A DNA stretch of 64,000 nt, from assembly GCA_023213395.1 (NCBI GenBank), contig CM041465.1, positions 49,421,741 to 49,485,740 on the forward strand. The letters run 5' to 3'. The notes under the pieces were generated by a model. The model worked only from the letters and a program-made list of their open reading frames with translations. It did no database searches and had not been told where the DNA came from. Source of the DNA: Cycas panzhihuaensis. Its lineage: Eukaryota > Plantae > Cycadophyta. The position numbers and the translations under genes are program-made. This document shows positions 47,119 to 61,327 of this stretch, piece after piece; within the stretch, counting starts at the first letter, position 1; every line of letters begins with the position of its first letter.

Positions 47119-50100
47119 TGAAAGAAAATAATTTGAAATGAAGAAAGTTCATTGATTATGTGAGAGATGGTCTCTCTATAAATACATGAAATGATTTGCA
47201 GCCACTTACTATATGTAAGCCACTTGTCACTATTACAAAGAAGAGGGAATGACACATAACCCTCACTACCGTATAACTTAATATCCTAAATAAAACAATA
47301 CCTTTAACACCCTCTCTTAATATTTCATATATCTTAATCCAAGCCTATTCTTAAAAAATTAAAACTTGTCTTTGTTGAGAGGTTTATTCAAGATGTCTGT
47401 AAGTTATTCACTTGTTATACAATACTTTAGATATATCTCCTTATTCTGCAACTTCTTTAAAATGATGTGATCATGCACTTCAATGTGTTTGGTTCATGTG
47501 TGAAATACTATATTCTTTGTCATTCTTATTATGCTTTAGTTGTTATAGTAAAGTGTTATTAGTCCACTTTGTTATTAATTTAGATCTAATAACAACTGCC
47601 TTATCCATACTACTTCACATGATGCACTAAATGTTGATTTATATTCTATTTTTGTAGATGATAAGGCAACAATTGGTTGTCATTTGTTGTTCCAAGATAC
47701 TATTATTTATCAAAGAAGAAAGTGATATCCACTTGTTGAATTCCTTTTTTCTTTCTCTTACCCAAGTAGAATTATTATATACAACCAATTCTCCAATTTC
47801 ATTTCTTATATATATATAAGTTCTAGATCTAAAGTACCTTTCAAATACCTAAGTATCCTTTTACTTACTTTCTAATGTAGTAAATTTGGATCCTGTATGT
47901 ACCTAAAAATTACTCTAATAGAATATGAAATACCAAGTTTGGTGGTAGTAAGATAGATCAAACTTCTAACTAATTGCTTATATAGAGTTATGTCAATTTA
48001 ATCTTCTTCTATAGATGCAGTCACATCACAACCTATTTCCATTTGAATTACACAACTATTGCAATATTCCATTTTGAATTTCTTTAATAATTCATTGGTA
48101 TATTTGTTTTGTAACAAGGTGATTGAATCCTCCTCTTATTTTACTTCTATACCAAGGTAATAATTTAAAAATCCCAAGTTAGCCATTTCAAACCCTTTTT
48201 CTAGTTAAACCTTTATGGTTGTGATGGATTGTATATCACTACCTAGAAGAAGCATATCATCTACGTATACGACAATTATTGTAATCAATCCTTGGTTTTT
48301 CTTCACATATAAATTAGGATCTAATTCACATCTCTAGAAATTATTTTGGATGAGATATTTGTCCAACTTGGCATACGAAGCCTTTAGAGCTTGTTTTAGC
48401 CTATATAAGGCCCTTTTAGCCTACATATAAGATGTTCTTATATGTTTTGAATATACCCTTTTAGTTAATGCACATATACTTCTTCTTGAAGGTCTCCATT
48501 CAAGAAGACACTTTTTACATCTAATTGATAGACTTTCCAATTATGTTGTGTGGCTAAGTCAACTACCATACTCACAGTATTTAGCTTTGCTACTAGAGAA
48601 AAGGTTTTGTCATAGTTTATCCCTATAGTTTAAGTGTAACTCTTAGTTACTAATCTCACTTTGTATTTATCTATTTTACCATCAAAGTTCTCATTTATTT
48701 TGTACACCCATTTGCAATTAACAATTAATTTTTCGATAGGTGGTTCAACTAGTTCCCAGGTTTTAATTTTAGAGATAGATTATATTTCTATATCCATTGT
48801 TGATTTCCACTCAACATGTTGACTTGCTTCTTCATATAACTAAGGTTCAACTAAACAAAATAGAACTTGATATTTTGGGGTTCTAGTCCTATGAAGGATA
48901 ACTTCTTTAATTGTTTTGAGATACCATTTAAGTATCTTTCTAAAGGAAGTCATGCTTTCCTCTTCTTATTCAAGACTTGTTTCTCTAGGGAGTGTAGGAG
49001 CTCTTTCTAATTGTTCCTCTTCCTCTATTTCAATATATTCAAATATGATTCCAAATATGTCTTTAAGTGGGGGGATTTTTATAGGAGATTCCCATGTAGT
49101 CACATTAATTTCCTGATATATTACTAGACTTCCAACAATGTCTTACTCATTAAAAATAGCATCCCCACTTACATAGACTTTATTTATCTTTGGATTGATG
49201 CATCTATAAGTTTTTGAATTTATGCATTCTATACTTTTATAATCAAGTTTGGATCTTTTCTTTTAAAAAATATGAACAAAAGCCTGGCAACCAAAGATTT
49301 TTTGATTACTTACATCAGGTTTGTATCATGCCCATGCCTCTTCTAGAGTTACCTTATTCAAGGCTTGAGTTGGACCTCAATTTATTAGATAAATTATTAT
49401 ATTTATAACTTCTACCTAATAAGTTTTCAAAATCTGTCCATCCTAAATTAGACTGTGAGCCATGTCTATAATGGTTTTATTCATCTGCTTGGCTCAAACA
49501 TTGTATTAAGGAGTATATGGAGTCATGATTTATTAATGTATCCCATGAGTCTTACAAAAGAACTAAAATTATTTTTAAGTATACTTGCCGATTCCATCAA
49601 ACCTAATACACTTTAATTTGTTTTCGCATTCTATTTCATCTTTAACCTTGAATTCTTTAAATTTATCAGATGTTTTAGATTTACTATAAAGGAAGTATAT
49701 CTAAATTTTCTTAGAAAAATCTTCAATGAATGTAAGAAAGTAGATAGTCCCATTGATTGAGCTTAGAGTAATGGGCCCATAAAAATCAAAATGCTCTAAC
49801 CCTAGTGTGACTTATTGTTACACCAAAAGCCCACAGGTGATTTGAGAAGAGGACTCCTTGACAAGTAAACCAACCATAGTCCAACACTCCCCTGTGATGA
49901 GGAGGCCACCATAGCATGTACTGCTTGTATTATAATCCAACGTGAATCATGGGTACATGGGGACCCTATCAGGGAAAGGGGCTTTGTCCGGTATATGCAT
50001 GGGATTTGAACCTTAAACTTGGGCTCTGATACCACTTGTGACTTGCTGTTGCACCAAAACCCCACAAGTGATTTAGGAAGAGGACTCCTTGGCAAGTGAA

Positions 50101-52629
50101 CCAGCGATAGTCCAACATCTAGTTTGCTTTGTGCATGCCATTCACTTCTTTAAAAAGGAAAACAATGTTGTTTACCAAGTAAACATCATTTATAAACAAA
50201 AGAATAAAATGCCATGTATGGGAGTCCATCAACCATATTTGATTTTTTAACATTTCTAATCTATCAAAGGAGATATGACCATACTTCAAATGCTAGAGTT
50301 TATTATTATTAATATTTGCAATAGTCAGAAATTTTACATCATTTCTTATACTAATAGGATTAAAAGTAATTTATAGAGGTCATTGATTTTTATACCTTTA
50401 TCAATTATAATTCTTCCCTTTTTCATATCTAAAATATGGCAAAACCTATCCTCTTCAAAGATAGTCCTTAGCTTTTTCTTCCCAAGTTGAGAGACTAAGA
50501 GAAGATTTTTCTTCATTCCTAGAACAAAGAGAACACTGCCAACTTTTTACACTTTTCCTTTTATCTCAACTACTATCATTTCAATGCCTTGAATGTTAAG
50601 TGGATATTTATTCCCTAACTCTACTGATTTATTGAAAGAGTAGGGCTTCAAATATTTAAACCATTTTTTATGGCATATCATATGATTAGATGCTCCTAAA
50701 TCAATATACTAGACATCTTCATTTATGAGGCTGGTAGTAACTACATATGAATGCAGTTTCTTCTTCTTCATCTCCTTCGAAGTTATTTTGTTATTTACTA
50801 TCATTTATGGTAGGCCTTTTTTCTCTTTGAATATCAGCTCTCCTTTGAGATCACTTATAAGGAAAGTGACCTCCTTACCCACAATGGTGGCAAACATTGA
50901 ATGCTTTGTAGATGCTAGAGAAGTGTTTAGGTTTTCTGTAGTTGAAGCAGACTTTGGAATCTCTTAGTGGAATTGATCATCTTCTGCCTTTGTTCTTTGT
51001 CCATCTTCCTCTAAATTAACTTCTAGTGTTGAGAGCCCTTCCTTTACCTCTTAAAAATGATTGTCTTTATCCTTTGGGACCAAAGTTAAGTCTGGATAGG
51101 CAGGCCTCTTCAATCTCTATCTCTTCTTTATATCTCTTATTTCTTTGTTCTTATCTAATTAGAAGTCCTATTAATATTTTAAGATACATAGTTACAATCT
51201 GAGCATTATTGGTTATAGAATATACCATATTATTGAATGACTTTAAGAGCTTGTTTACAATCATTTGCACAAGTTCCTATTTAGATAGATTGGCTCCATC
51301 ACTAACTAAATTATTCCTGATTAAGGTTACTTTATGAATGAATTTTGAAATACTTTCCTTTTCTCCTATATGTAATTTATATAATTCTTTCTTTAAGGCT
51401 ACAATTCTAGCTTCATTTTTCTAGCTATAAAGATTGACAAACACTTTCCAAATACCTTCACTAGAGTCCATCCCTTCAACATATACTAAAAGAGGATTGA
51501 AGATGGATAATTTCAAAATTATTACCCATGAATTATTTCTCTCATCCCAGTTAGGTTAATCAAGGGAATTATCTAGCCTTTTTTCTTTCCATGTGGCTAT
51601 ATTCCAAATAATTTTTTCCCTCAACAAGGTTTCAACCTTAATTTTCCATATGAAATAGTGTGTTTTAGCTAATTTATCTTGATCATTCAGATCAAGAATG
51701 GAGAATGCCATTTCAAAAAATGAGTCTAAAGTTATTAGAAGGCTTTTCAAAGCTTTTAACAGGCTAGCTATATAGATGTGTAAATTTCCATACAAAAGGA
51801 CAGTTGTATAGATGAGAATGAAAGTAGGTGAAAAAGATAGATCTTAAAGCAAGGTTTTCAAATATGTAAAAAACTTAAGGAGATCAACTTCAATTTTCTT
51901 GGAATTTAACCTAAAAGACAGAAAGTGTGATTAAGATTTCTAGAGGAAAATACTCATAACTTACAAAAATATCATCCAAGATCTTTGAAATTGGATTTGA
52001 ATGAGGTACAATAAATAAGGGAAGAATTCATGACTAGTATTACTCAAAATGCTAGAGCAAAGAATGAGAAATTTATAGTAGAACTTCAAAACCCACTACT
52101 ACTAAAAATAGGGTAAAACTACCTAAAAATTAACTTATTTGTAGTCAATCCTTTTGGAGAAAATGACGACCTTGATGAGATGTACTTGCTAGCTAAATTT
52201 CATTTAAATTTGAGCACTTTGAAGAAATGGGTCTATACTATGTCCATATTATCTATACAACAAATTACTTTTTCTATACTTTATATGATTCTTGCATTGA
52301 TCTTGTGGGTTAGTTAATTTATCTTACTAACCATCTTAGATTCACTTGGTTGCCTTTAATTTCTCATAGCAATAGACTCCTCTTCACATCTTCACTAAAT
52401 GAGCAATTTAAACCTACTCTAATACCATGAAAGAAAAAAGTTTGAAATAAAGAAGGTTCATTATTTATGTGAGAGATTATCTCTCTATAAATATATGAAA
52501 TGATTTATAACCACTTACTACATGTAAGCCACTTATCAACCACTTGTCACTATTATAAAGAAGAGGGAATGACACACAACCCTCACTAACTTAAAACTTA
52601 ATGTCTTAGATAAAACATTACCTTGAACA
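47119..52629 (-). mobile_element. Copia-2 (copy B); LTRs 47119-47309 and 52428-52629
   Basis: Paralogue of 7481-12978 at the same insertion site. Confidence 0.92.
49806..50117 (-). mobile_element. 312-bp TRIM (copy B); LTRs 49806-49886 and 50037-50117
   Basis: PBS 50023-50034; TSD CCTAG/TCTAG; same site as in copy A. Confidence 0.95.
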
Positions 52630-53260
52630 TAAAACACACCAAATTTGCATTAAAAAATTAGTCAAAATACACATGTAAACCTTTAAATCCTATGAAACAA
52701 CTACCAAAAATTAAAATAAAATTGTTTGATAGATGAATAGTGCATTTAATGAGCAAGTTCTAAAGGGGTTTTTGTGAACAAAATTGAGGTAGGAGGAGGA
52801 GGCTAAGCGAAATATATTAATATATAATTCTTAAAAACAAGCATGGAAGGGGCCACATATAAAGCCTAAATTTGAAACCAAGTCATATTAAATGAAGAGA
52901 TGAATGGAAATCTCTAGCCATTTTTAAAACCAAATGGAATTAATAAATGGTTAAACACTAAAAGGCCATAGTAGAGATGGGATTAAAGAGAGCATTCAAA
53001 AAGCATGAAGGGTTGTTGAAGTTGAAATAAAAGAAGACACTAGTAAACTATCATGAAATATTAAATGATAAAGCTTGAAGGAATATACCTCTATTGATCT
53101 TACCCTATAGTAACAGACATTGTTATTGCATATCAAATGTAGTAACCACCATAATAAACAACACCAAACCAACACTTGGGTCATCAAACACCTATAAGAT
53201 CTTAACTATGAGAAAAAAGTTGAATATTCCTTAAAGCATTATTATCGTTTATTTAGAGTT

Positions 53261-56200
53261 TGTTAAGAAACATGAATGAATATATATATGTTTACACTCT
53301 ATAGAATCTTTTACCATACATAGTAAGCAAATAAGATGAACATAGAAAATAGTTACATAGTACATAAGAGATATGTGGAAAACCCCTTTGGGAAAAAACC
53401 CACCACAAAGATTTATCAATTACATTGATTACCACTTAATTGATATGAATATATAAGGGACTCTAGGATATTTATAATCCCCTAAGAGGTGTCAACCATT
53501 AAAGGTTATGACTCTTTGCATAACTTGCACCTTTATGTTAATTACATTAATTAAACCACCACATTAACATTAACAAATGGCTTAATAATTAATTTCCATG
53601 CTAACATCCCTCCTTAATGTGAATGTAGGGAACTTGTAGCAGTTTAATTATCACAAAGGCTTGAACTATTCTACCTCTTTATCCTTGTCTATACATCCCC
53701 CCTTAAGGATAACATTTGTGAGTCCTAATCTGGTATGCATTTTCATGAATTGATCTTTAATAAGCACTTTGGTAAATATGTCTATAAGTTGATATTCACC
53801 CAGATAATAGTTAGCCTATATCTTTCTTGATTTGATTCATTCATGAATATAGTGTTGTTATATCTTAATGTGTTTTGTATGCATGAAACTCTAAATTTTT
53901 TAATAAATGAATAGTATTTTAATTATCAACAAAAATAATTAAATTGGCATTTGACACTCAAAGAACTTCTAAGAGACCTTGCAACCATACAACTTCTTTT
54001 ACATCAACACTAAGTCCTTAATATTCTAGCTTTATAGAAGATAATGCCACTATTTGTTACTTTTTCAACTACCACAAAATAAATCCATTATTGACACTAA
54101 AGATGTATCCAACAATAGATTTTTTATCACCAAAGTCTCCTTGCCAACTAGCATCTGTATAGCCATACAACTTTATCTTTTCACCATGAAGGTATTTAAG
54201 ACTAAGATTTAGTGTCCCTTTTAAATACTTCAGAATTCACTTTGCTATAACCTAATGCATTTCTTGAGGAATCTGCATATAAGTCCCACCAATTCAACAA
54301 CGTAGGTGATATCTAGTCTAGTATGAGTCAAATAGATTATACTCCTTATAAATTAACAATATAATGTTCTATCTATAGAGAGTTTGGCCATGTCTTTTTG
54401 CAACTTTATGTCTTTAGCACATGGTATTGCAATCGTCTTATAATCTTACATCCTAAACTTCTCTAATAGGTTCTTCACATATTGAGTCTACAAAATTATG
54501 ATCCTATCTTCTATCTACCTAACTTCAATGCCTAAAAAGTAATATAGAGGCCTAAGGCCTATCATATCAAAGGTAGCTCCCAAATTAGATTTGACTCGAA
54601 CAATAGTCTTACTATAGTTACGTCTGATGATTAGAAATTTGCATATAACATAATAACTACTATTGAAGTCCTGCACCATTTTATATATAGATTTGACACC
54701 AAGTTCATAGTAACAAAACCTTCTTCTTGTAATTTTGCATGGATCTTATCATACCAAGAATGGGGTGCTTGTTTTATGCCATAGAGTGATTTATTCAAAT
54801 GACACACAAGATGCTCTTAGCTTTTCTTAGTAAATCCCAAAGGTTGTGATATGTAAATCTCCTCCTTTAGATCTTCGTTAAGAAATATGCACTTAATGTT
54901 TATATGGTGTAACTCCCAACCATATGTAGCCACCGAGGAAATGATCAAATAGACTATGGTTAGTTTGGAAACTGGTGAAAATATCTCCTCATAATCAATT
55001 CCTTCCTTTTATTTAAACCCTTGAGTAATAAGTATGCCCTTGTACTTGTTCACCTCCCCATCAAAGTAGAACTTTATCTTATAGACCCACCTACACCTAA
55101 CTAGGTTCCTCTTTAGATATAAGGGAACTAAATTCCATGTGATGTTCTTCATAATTAAGCCATACTCCTCCTCCATTATAGCTTTCTATCATGGATCATC
55201 CTTTGATTCATCATATGACATAGGATTATTAGAGTTGGTGGTGTTTACCAATAGAGTCTAACTAGCATACTGGCTTCTTCTTCTTCTATCATTAGTAAGG
55301 TTCTACATCGCCACTCCAAAACCCTCTATCATCTTCTTTGTTATAATGGTATAGAAGGACCTGGTGTTATAAGTAGTTCTTCATATAATAACTCCCCAGT
55401 ATTACTCTCTCCACTTAGTCTAGCTTCCTCTTGAATTCTAGCGAATTGCTAATCATCTTTTTCAATTGTTAAACTCGGAAATAGAAGTAGTGGGGGGTAA
55501 AAAGGCTCTTCTGATGACTTCTTAGCATAATACATCGATGAATCATTAAATTTAACATTTTGACTAATTATAATTCTTTTCCCCTATGGATTCCACAGTT
55601 TATAAGCTTTATTCTAATTAGAATACCCCATGAGTATGCACTTTAAACTCTTGTGATCTAACCTTTTACAACCTTCATTTAGGATGTGTGCATATCCAGT
55701 GCACCCAAATGTTTTTAAATGACCAATGGCTAGTTTACGATCGGTTCATTTTTCCTCAGGGGTCATGCTTCGAACTACTTGAGTGGGCACTCTATTTAGA
55801 ATATTAATAGTAGTCTCAATAATTTCTACCTAAAACATTGGTGGCAAGTTTTTCGAATACACCATACACTTTGCCATCCCCATCATAATACATTTTTTTC
55901 TCTCTACAACACCATTTTGTTATGGGGTATATAAGACCCTAAATTCCTATTTTATACCATGATCCTAATAGAACTAATATAAACATGTAATTCTCATATT
56001 TGTTGCCATTATCACTCTTTAATATTTTAATCCTTTTATCACATTCATTTTCAATACTCACATTCTAATTATGAAAGTGTTCAAATACCTCTGACTTATT
56101 TTTCAAGAAATACATCCAAGCCTTCTTGGTGTAGTCATCTACAAACAACAAAGTATATCAAGCTCCTGATATTTAAGGGTTTAAGAGTGATCCAATCATG

Positions 56201-59200
56201 TCTATATGCATGAGTTCAAACTTTTCCTTATCTCTCTAGACATTATCCTGACCAAAATGATAATGATGATGCTTCCTATATATACACCCTTCACACACAT
56301 TGTCTCAACATGAAATATATGATAATCCTTCCATCATTCTCAACCTTTTCAGTAGTACAATGCTTCTATAATTAAGGTGACCTAAGTAATCATACCACAA
56401 CTTGCTCACATCATCTAAACTAGTAATAAAAGCATAAGACTTCTTCTAAGATTAAAATTTTTCAAACACCAAAAAATTATCCCTACCATTCCTAATAGAA
56501 ATGATAGAGAAGTTTTGTTGAGGATCCTTAATTAGACATCTATCTTTATAAAGCTTGACCTTCATTCCTTGTTTATAGATTTCTTAGGTTGAAAGCAAAT
56601 TCATCTGCATCTTGGGTATATAATAGGCCTCTTTAAATTTACCACCTACTAAGAATACATCACTAATACCTTCAACAATAACATGCAATAATCTCCAAGG
56701 AGAATATCAGCACTATAATGATCTATACTCCATGCATCAAAGTTTTGCTTATGGAAAGAGATATGTTTCTATGCTTTAGAGTCTAATATCCAACAGTCTC
56801 TCCAACTTGACTTAACTAACAAGGATGACACTCTACCACAGTGTGTTGCTATGCTCTTCCCCTTATCATCTTAGCTAGCTTTACATATATCATGTCTTTT
56901 AAACCAATAGTTCTTTTCTTTGTGGCCTTCCTTCTTATAGTAGTCATATTTACTTGTGAATCCCTTCTTCTCCCGAGACTCTTCCCATGACCTTTGTATG
57001 AACTTCTCCTCCTAAATGGTCTCCCTCCTCTATGTCTTCATGACTAAGGCCTAACTTGATTTAAAACCTCCAAGCATCCCAAGATGTTTTAACTTAGAAT
57101 CCTTAGCTAGAATAAGATTCTTTATACCATCGAATGTCTCACTCTCCATCACCTCAACTTTGCCATAGATGGTCTAGAAAATGCTAAATGTTACTAGTAA
57201 TTTTGATATATTTATTACAAACAATATCGCATCATCAATCAAATTTGATTTCAACTACTCTAGCTTATTTTTCAAGTCAATGATTTTATTTAGGTAGGCG
57301 TTTATGATGGTCTCATCTTCCACTATAGAATTGAGAAGTTCCAACATCAAAGTTAGAGGTCTATTCATCTTCTTCTTCTCAAAAGTTTCATATAACTTTG
57401 CCCAGATTTCATCTGGTTAATCAAGGTTATGAATCGATACCCATTGATTTGGCCCTAGTGATAGTTTCAACAATCTGATTGCCATAAACTACTTCTCCTA
57501 AAATCAAACACATTCCTTATAATCGAGCAAAATTATGTCCACGTTTACCTTAGTTATTACCCATAGTTGATTCACTATCAATATTAACTCCATGTTAGCA
57601 TTCCACTTACCAAAGTTGTTACTATTAAAGATAACTTTAGGTATCAAGTGGTCCATTCTTGAGAAATGGGCTTCAAAAAATGAGTCAATATCACCAGACT
57701 ACTACACCTATAGTCTTTCGAATAATACCCACTTCATTGTGTTCACCACCTTCTCAAGAACATGCATTAGGGTACACAACCAATGGTTATGCAAGATAGA
57801 ACCCCTACCAATAGTCAATCCCATAGCAACTGGCCTCAAGATCATTCTTAAAATGCTTAAAAAACTCCAAAAAGGACTCAAAACACCATAGAAAATCTTC
57901 ACAAATAAGAGATTATAACATAGTAGTGGTTGTACGGTCTTCTAAGTCAAATTTTAATCAAACCAGGCTCCAAATTGGTCTCAAGATCATTCATAGTGCT
58001 CAATGTATAATCCATATAATATATTCAATGGTCTCTCTAAGGTTATAAAGGTAACTTTATATAAAATATACCAAAAGGCATATTCTTTAAGTGGCAGTTG
58101 TCCAAAATAGGTGGCATGCCTTTTCACTAATTACACATGCCTTAAATCAAGGAATAATGTAATACAAAGGTTGTCTAAGGTTAAACACCTAAAAGAATTA
58201 TCAAAATTTACTTATATTACATCTTTGGATTTCAAAAGGCATGAGTAAGGAGTTATAGCAGCTGCATGAGGGATTACAACCTTTGTAGGTCCTCCCAATC
58301 CCTCATGACTTTTACACTCACCCATGGCTATAAGACTAGTCATACATGGTCCAACAATCACACAAGCATGTTATGGTTCAGTCTCATGCAATCCTAACAC
58401 TCAGTAAAAGAAGAAACAGGGTCGCAAGCTCATACAAAGTTGCTTAAACTTAGCATTCAAATATACATGATAAATAATCTAAATAACAACATTTATTATT
58501 GTCCAATACCCTTCTTATGGACAAAAAACCTCTTCAATAGGATATAATCTCATCCTCAGGTAAGGAACATTGACTACTTTAGTGTAAGATATTGATTTTT
58601 TAATGCCAAATATAATTGAACTTCTTTAAAAATATAGCAAACTTACTTGTATAATGTGCAATAACCCCCAATACTATTAGATATCCACCATAACATACTT
58701 CGCTAGCCTTGGGTAGTGCCCAATTTACTAATTAACTTTAGATGACCCCATAATGAGCCAAGTCAAACCATGAAAATGGCTTGTAAGTTTGATTTTTGAC
58801 TCCAATATTGCACTAACCTTATTGATAGGTGAATTTCACCTCCTCAACCACCATTGAATATTGTGCTTGCTCTTATAAGTTATTGGTGAAGATGAGTCAT
58901 CAAGAAATCTTAGGTTTTAATAGCATCACCTAACAACCTATGATCTCATTGCTCCACCCAGCTTTGGCCTCACTTGTGTAGGACCTTATAGCTCTGATAC
59001 TAAGTTAATAAACATGAATGAATACATACATGTTTACACTCCATAGAATCTTTTACCATACACAACAAGCAAACAAGATGAACATAGAAAATAGTTACAC
59101 AATATATAAGATATAAGTGGAAAACCCTTATAGGAAAAAAAGTACCATAAAGATTTGTTGATCACCACTTGATTGATATGAATATACAAGAGACTCTAGG

Positions 59201-59337
59201 ATATTTATAATCCTCCAAGAGGTGTCAACTATTAAAGGTTGTAACTCCATATAACTTATACCATTTTATTAATCACATTAATTAAACTATAATATTAACA
59301 TTAACAAGTGGCTTAGTAATTAACTACCATGCTAACA
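53261..59337 (-). mobile_element. Copia-3 (copy B); LTRs 53261-53606 and 59003-59337
   Basis: TSD GAGTT; PBS 58991-59002; paralogue of 13611-19686. Confidence 0.93.
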
Positions 59338-60308
59338 GAGTTAAATACCATTATTAAGAAGTTGAAACCCTTTGCAAGGTGAATGTCATCATCAAACAAG
59401 AGTACCCTTGATTTGTTAGGGAATCCCATAGGCTTGTGACTAGTTAATATGCCATTTGATAAAGTTGTGAGATGCCATAGACTACAAATAATAATCCTTG
59501 ACATTCAAAAAGAGCATGAATACATAGTTGTAGGGATAAATAAAAGTTTAATATGCCAGTGAAACTAAACCAAAGGATGATAGATACATTAATGGACGTA
59601 GAGCTTTACACATCTAATGCAAGAAACATAAGAGACATACCCAAATCATACAAAAATGCCAATCTCACAAAATTAAAATAAAAATCTAAAGATTTCTAAA
59701 AATTACATGCATACCCCTTGAAGAAGACCCATGCGTGTATGATTTAATGAAAACACCAAAAACTTGGTAGAAATTATCATGGAAATTACTTCAAAATTAG
59801 TTTCCACAAAAATTTCAAGTTCTCATTGTCCATGTAGGGAATGTTTATTAAATATTCTACTTTTAAAATATTGGTTAAAGTGTATTTACTATTTCCTAAT
59901 GTTTATAGGACATTAAAATACATTTTATAAAATTTAAAGTCCATGACTAAACCCATATATCCTAGCCCTAAATTGTATGACAAAAGGTGTTAAAGCACTT
60001 TTAGGGTCATTTAATACTCAATTTTAGAAAATAAATATATTGCATTACTTATTTTTTCACATAATTTCACTCTGCAATAGCCACATTAACCACTTATATA
60101 TGAACTTTTGAAGGAAATTATAAATTTCCTTTTTTAAGATGATTCCAACTACTTATAAGTAAACCAAGGAAGTGATGTGGTAGATTCTAATTACCTATGT
60201 GTAGACTAAGTACATTGAGTAACTGTTTAAGTATATTTTATATAGTCTTTTTACTATTTTTAGTTGCAATCCTATAGAATTTTACACAATGACAAGAGGA
60301 GTAGTATA

Positions 60309-61327
60309 ATGGGTTCTATAACAAAGAAATTAACTAATTCTAACAAATATATTATATGGAAACATCAAATGTTTAACTTCCTTACTTTAAGTTATTTATG
60401 GAAATAAATTAACGACTTTATAATGGATAGAACAAATGTAGATGACATTGCTTTCATAATTAAACTTAGAGATGGAGTTATTTTTAGAGATAAATATGAA
60501 GTAAAATTTTGAATTATCTTTGGGTTTTTTAGTTTATATATTATAATAGAAGCCTCATTGTGAATATCAACGGGGCCCCTAACCTTAAGTAATTGTGGGA
60601 TACATCATCAACTGATTCAAACATAAAAATGATGCAAAATCCCTAAAGTTAAGGAGTCAACTATACGTCTTGAAGATTCCAACATTGATAATCGACCATC
60701 TATAGTGTGCCAAAACTATTTAAGAATAACTGACCACTATTAGAGAAACTTATATATTATAGCTTGCATCTTGAGGAGATTACTAGCTACATATGATAAT
60801 TTCACAACCGCTTTAATACTTGCATCTACTATGGCATAGAGTTCTTTGGATTCATTGCTTCTAGAGCATGAGATGAAGTTAAAAGGATTAAATGAGAGGT
60901 CATCTAAAGCACTATCAACCAGATTGAAAAGAAAGAAACCATTTATTCATAAAGATGAACACATCTTCTAAAGAAATGGTATATAGCTAAGTGTTTTTAT
61001 TGTGGAAACTTGGAATACCTAAAGAAAGATTATTAGTAATTACAATATTACTAACAACAGTCACAGTGACAACCTCAATAATAACAATAGTAAAAGTAGT
61101 AACTTCCTACTAGTCAGAGAAGACATGTTTCAGATGTAGTAAGGAATACACCTACTAAGATAGCAAAGAAACTCTTCATTGTTGCATATAATATGATATC
61201 TAATGCACATCAAGTTTAGCTTATTAATTCCAATACATTTAAACATATGACTAGCATGTTAGAATGGTTTTATGAGATATGGGAAGTCAATCAAAAGGTC
61301 ACCATTGGAGATGATGAAATAAGTTAA
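60309..61327 (+). mobile_element. Copia-4 gag/protease remnant (copy B)
   Basis: Paralogue of 20660-21678. Confidence 0.75.
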
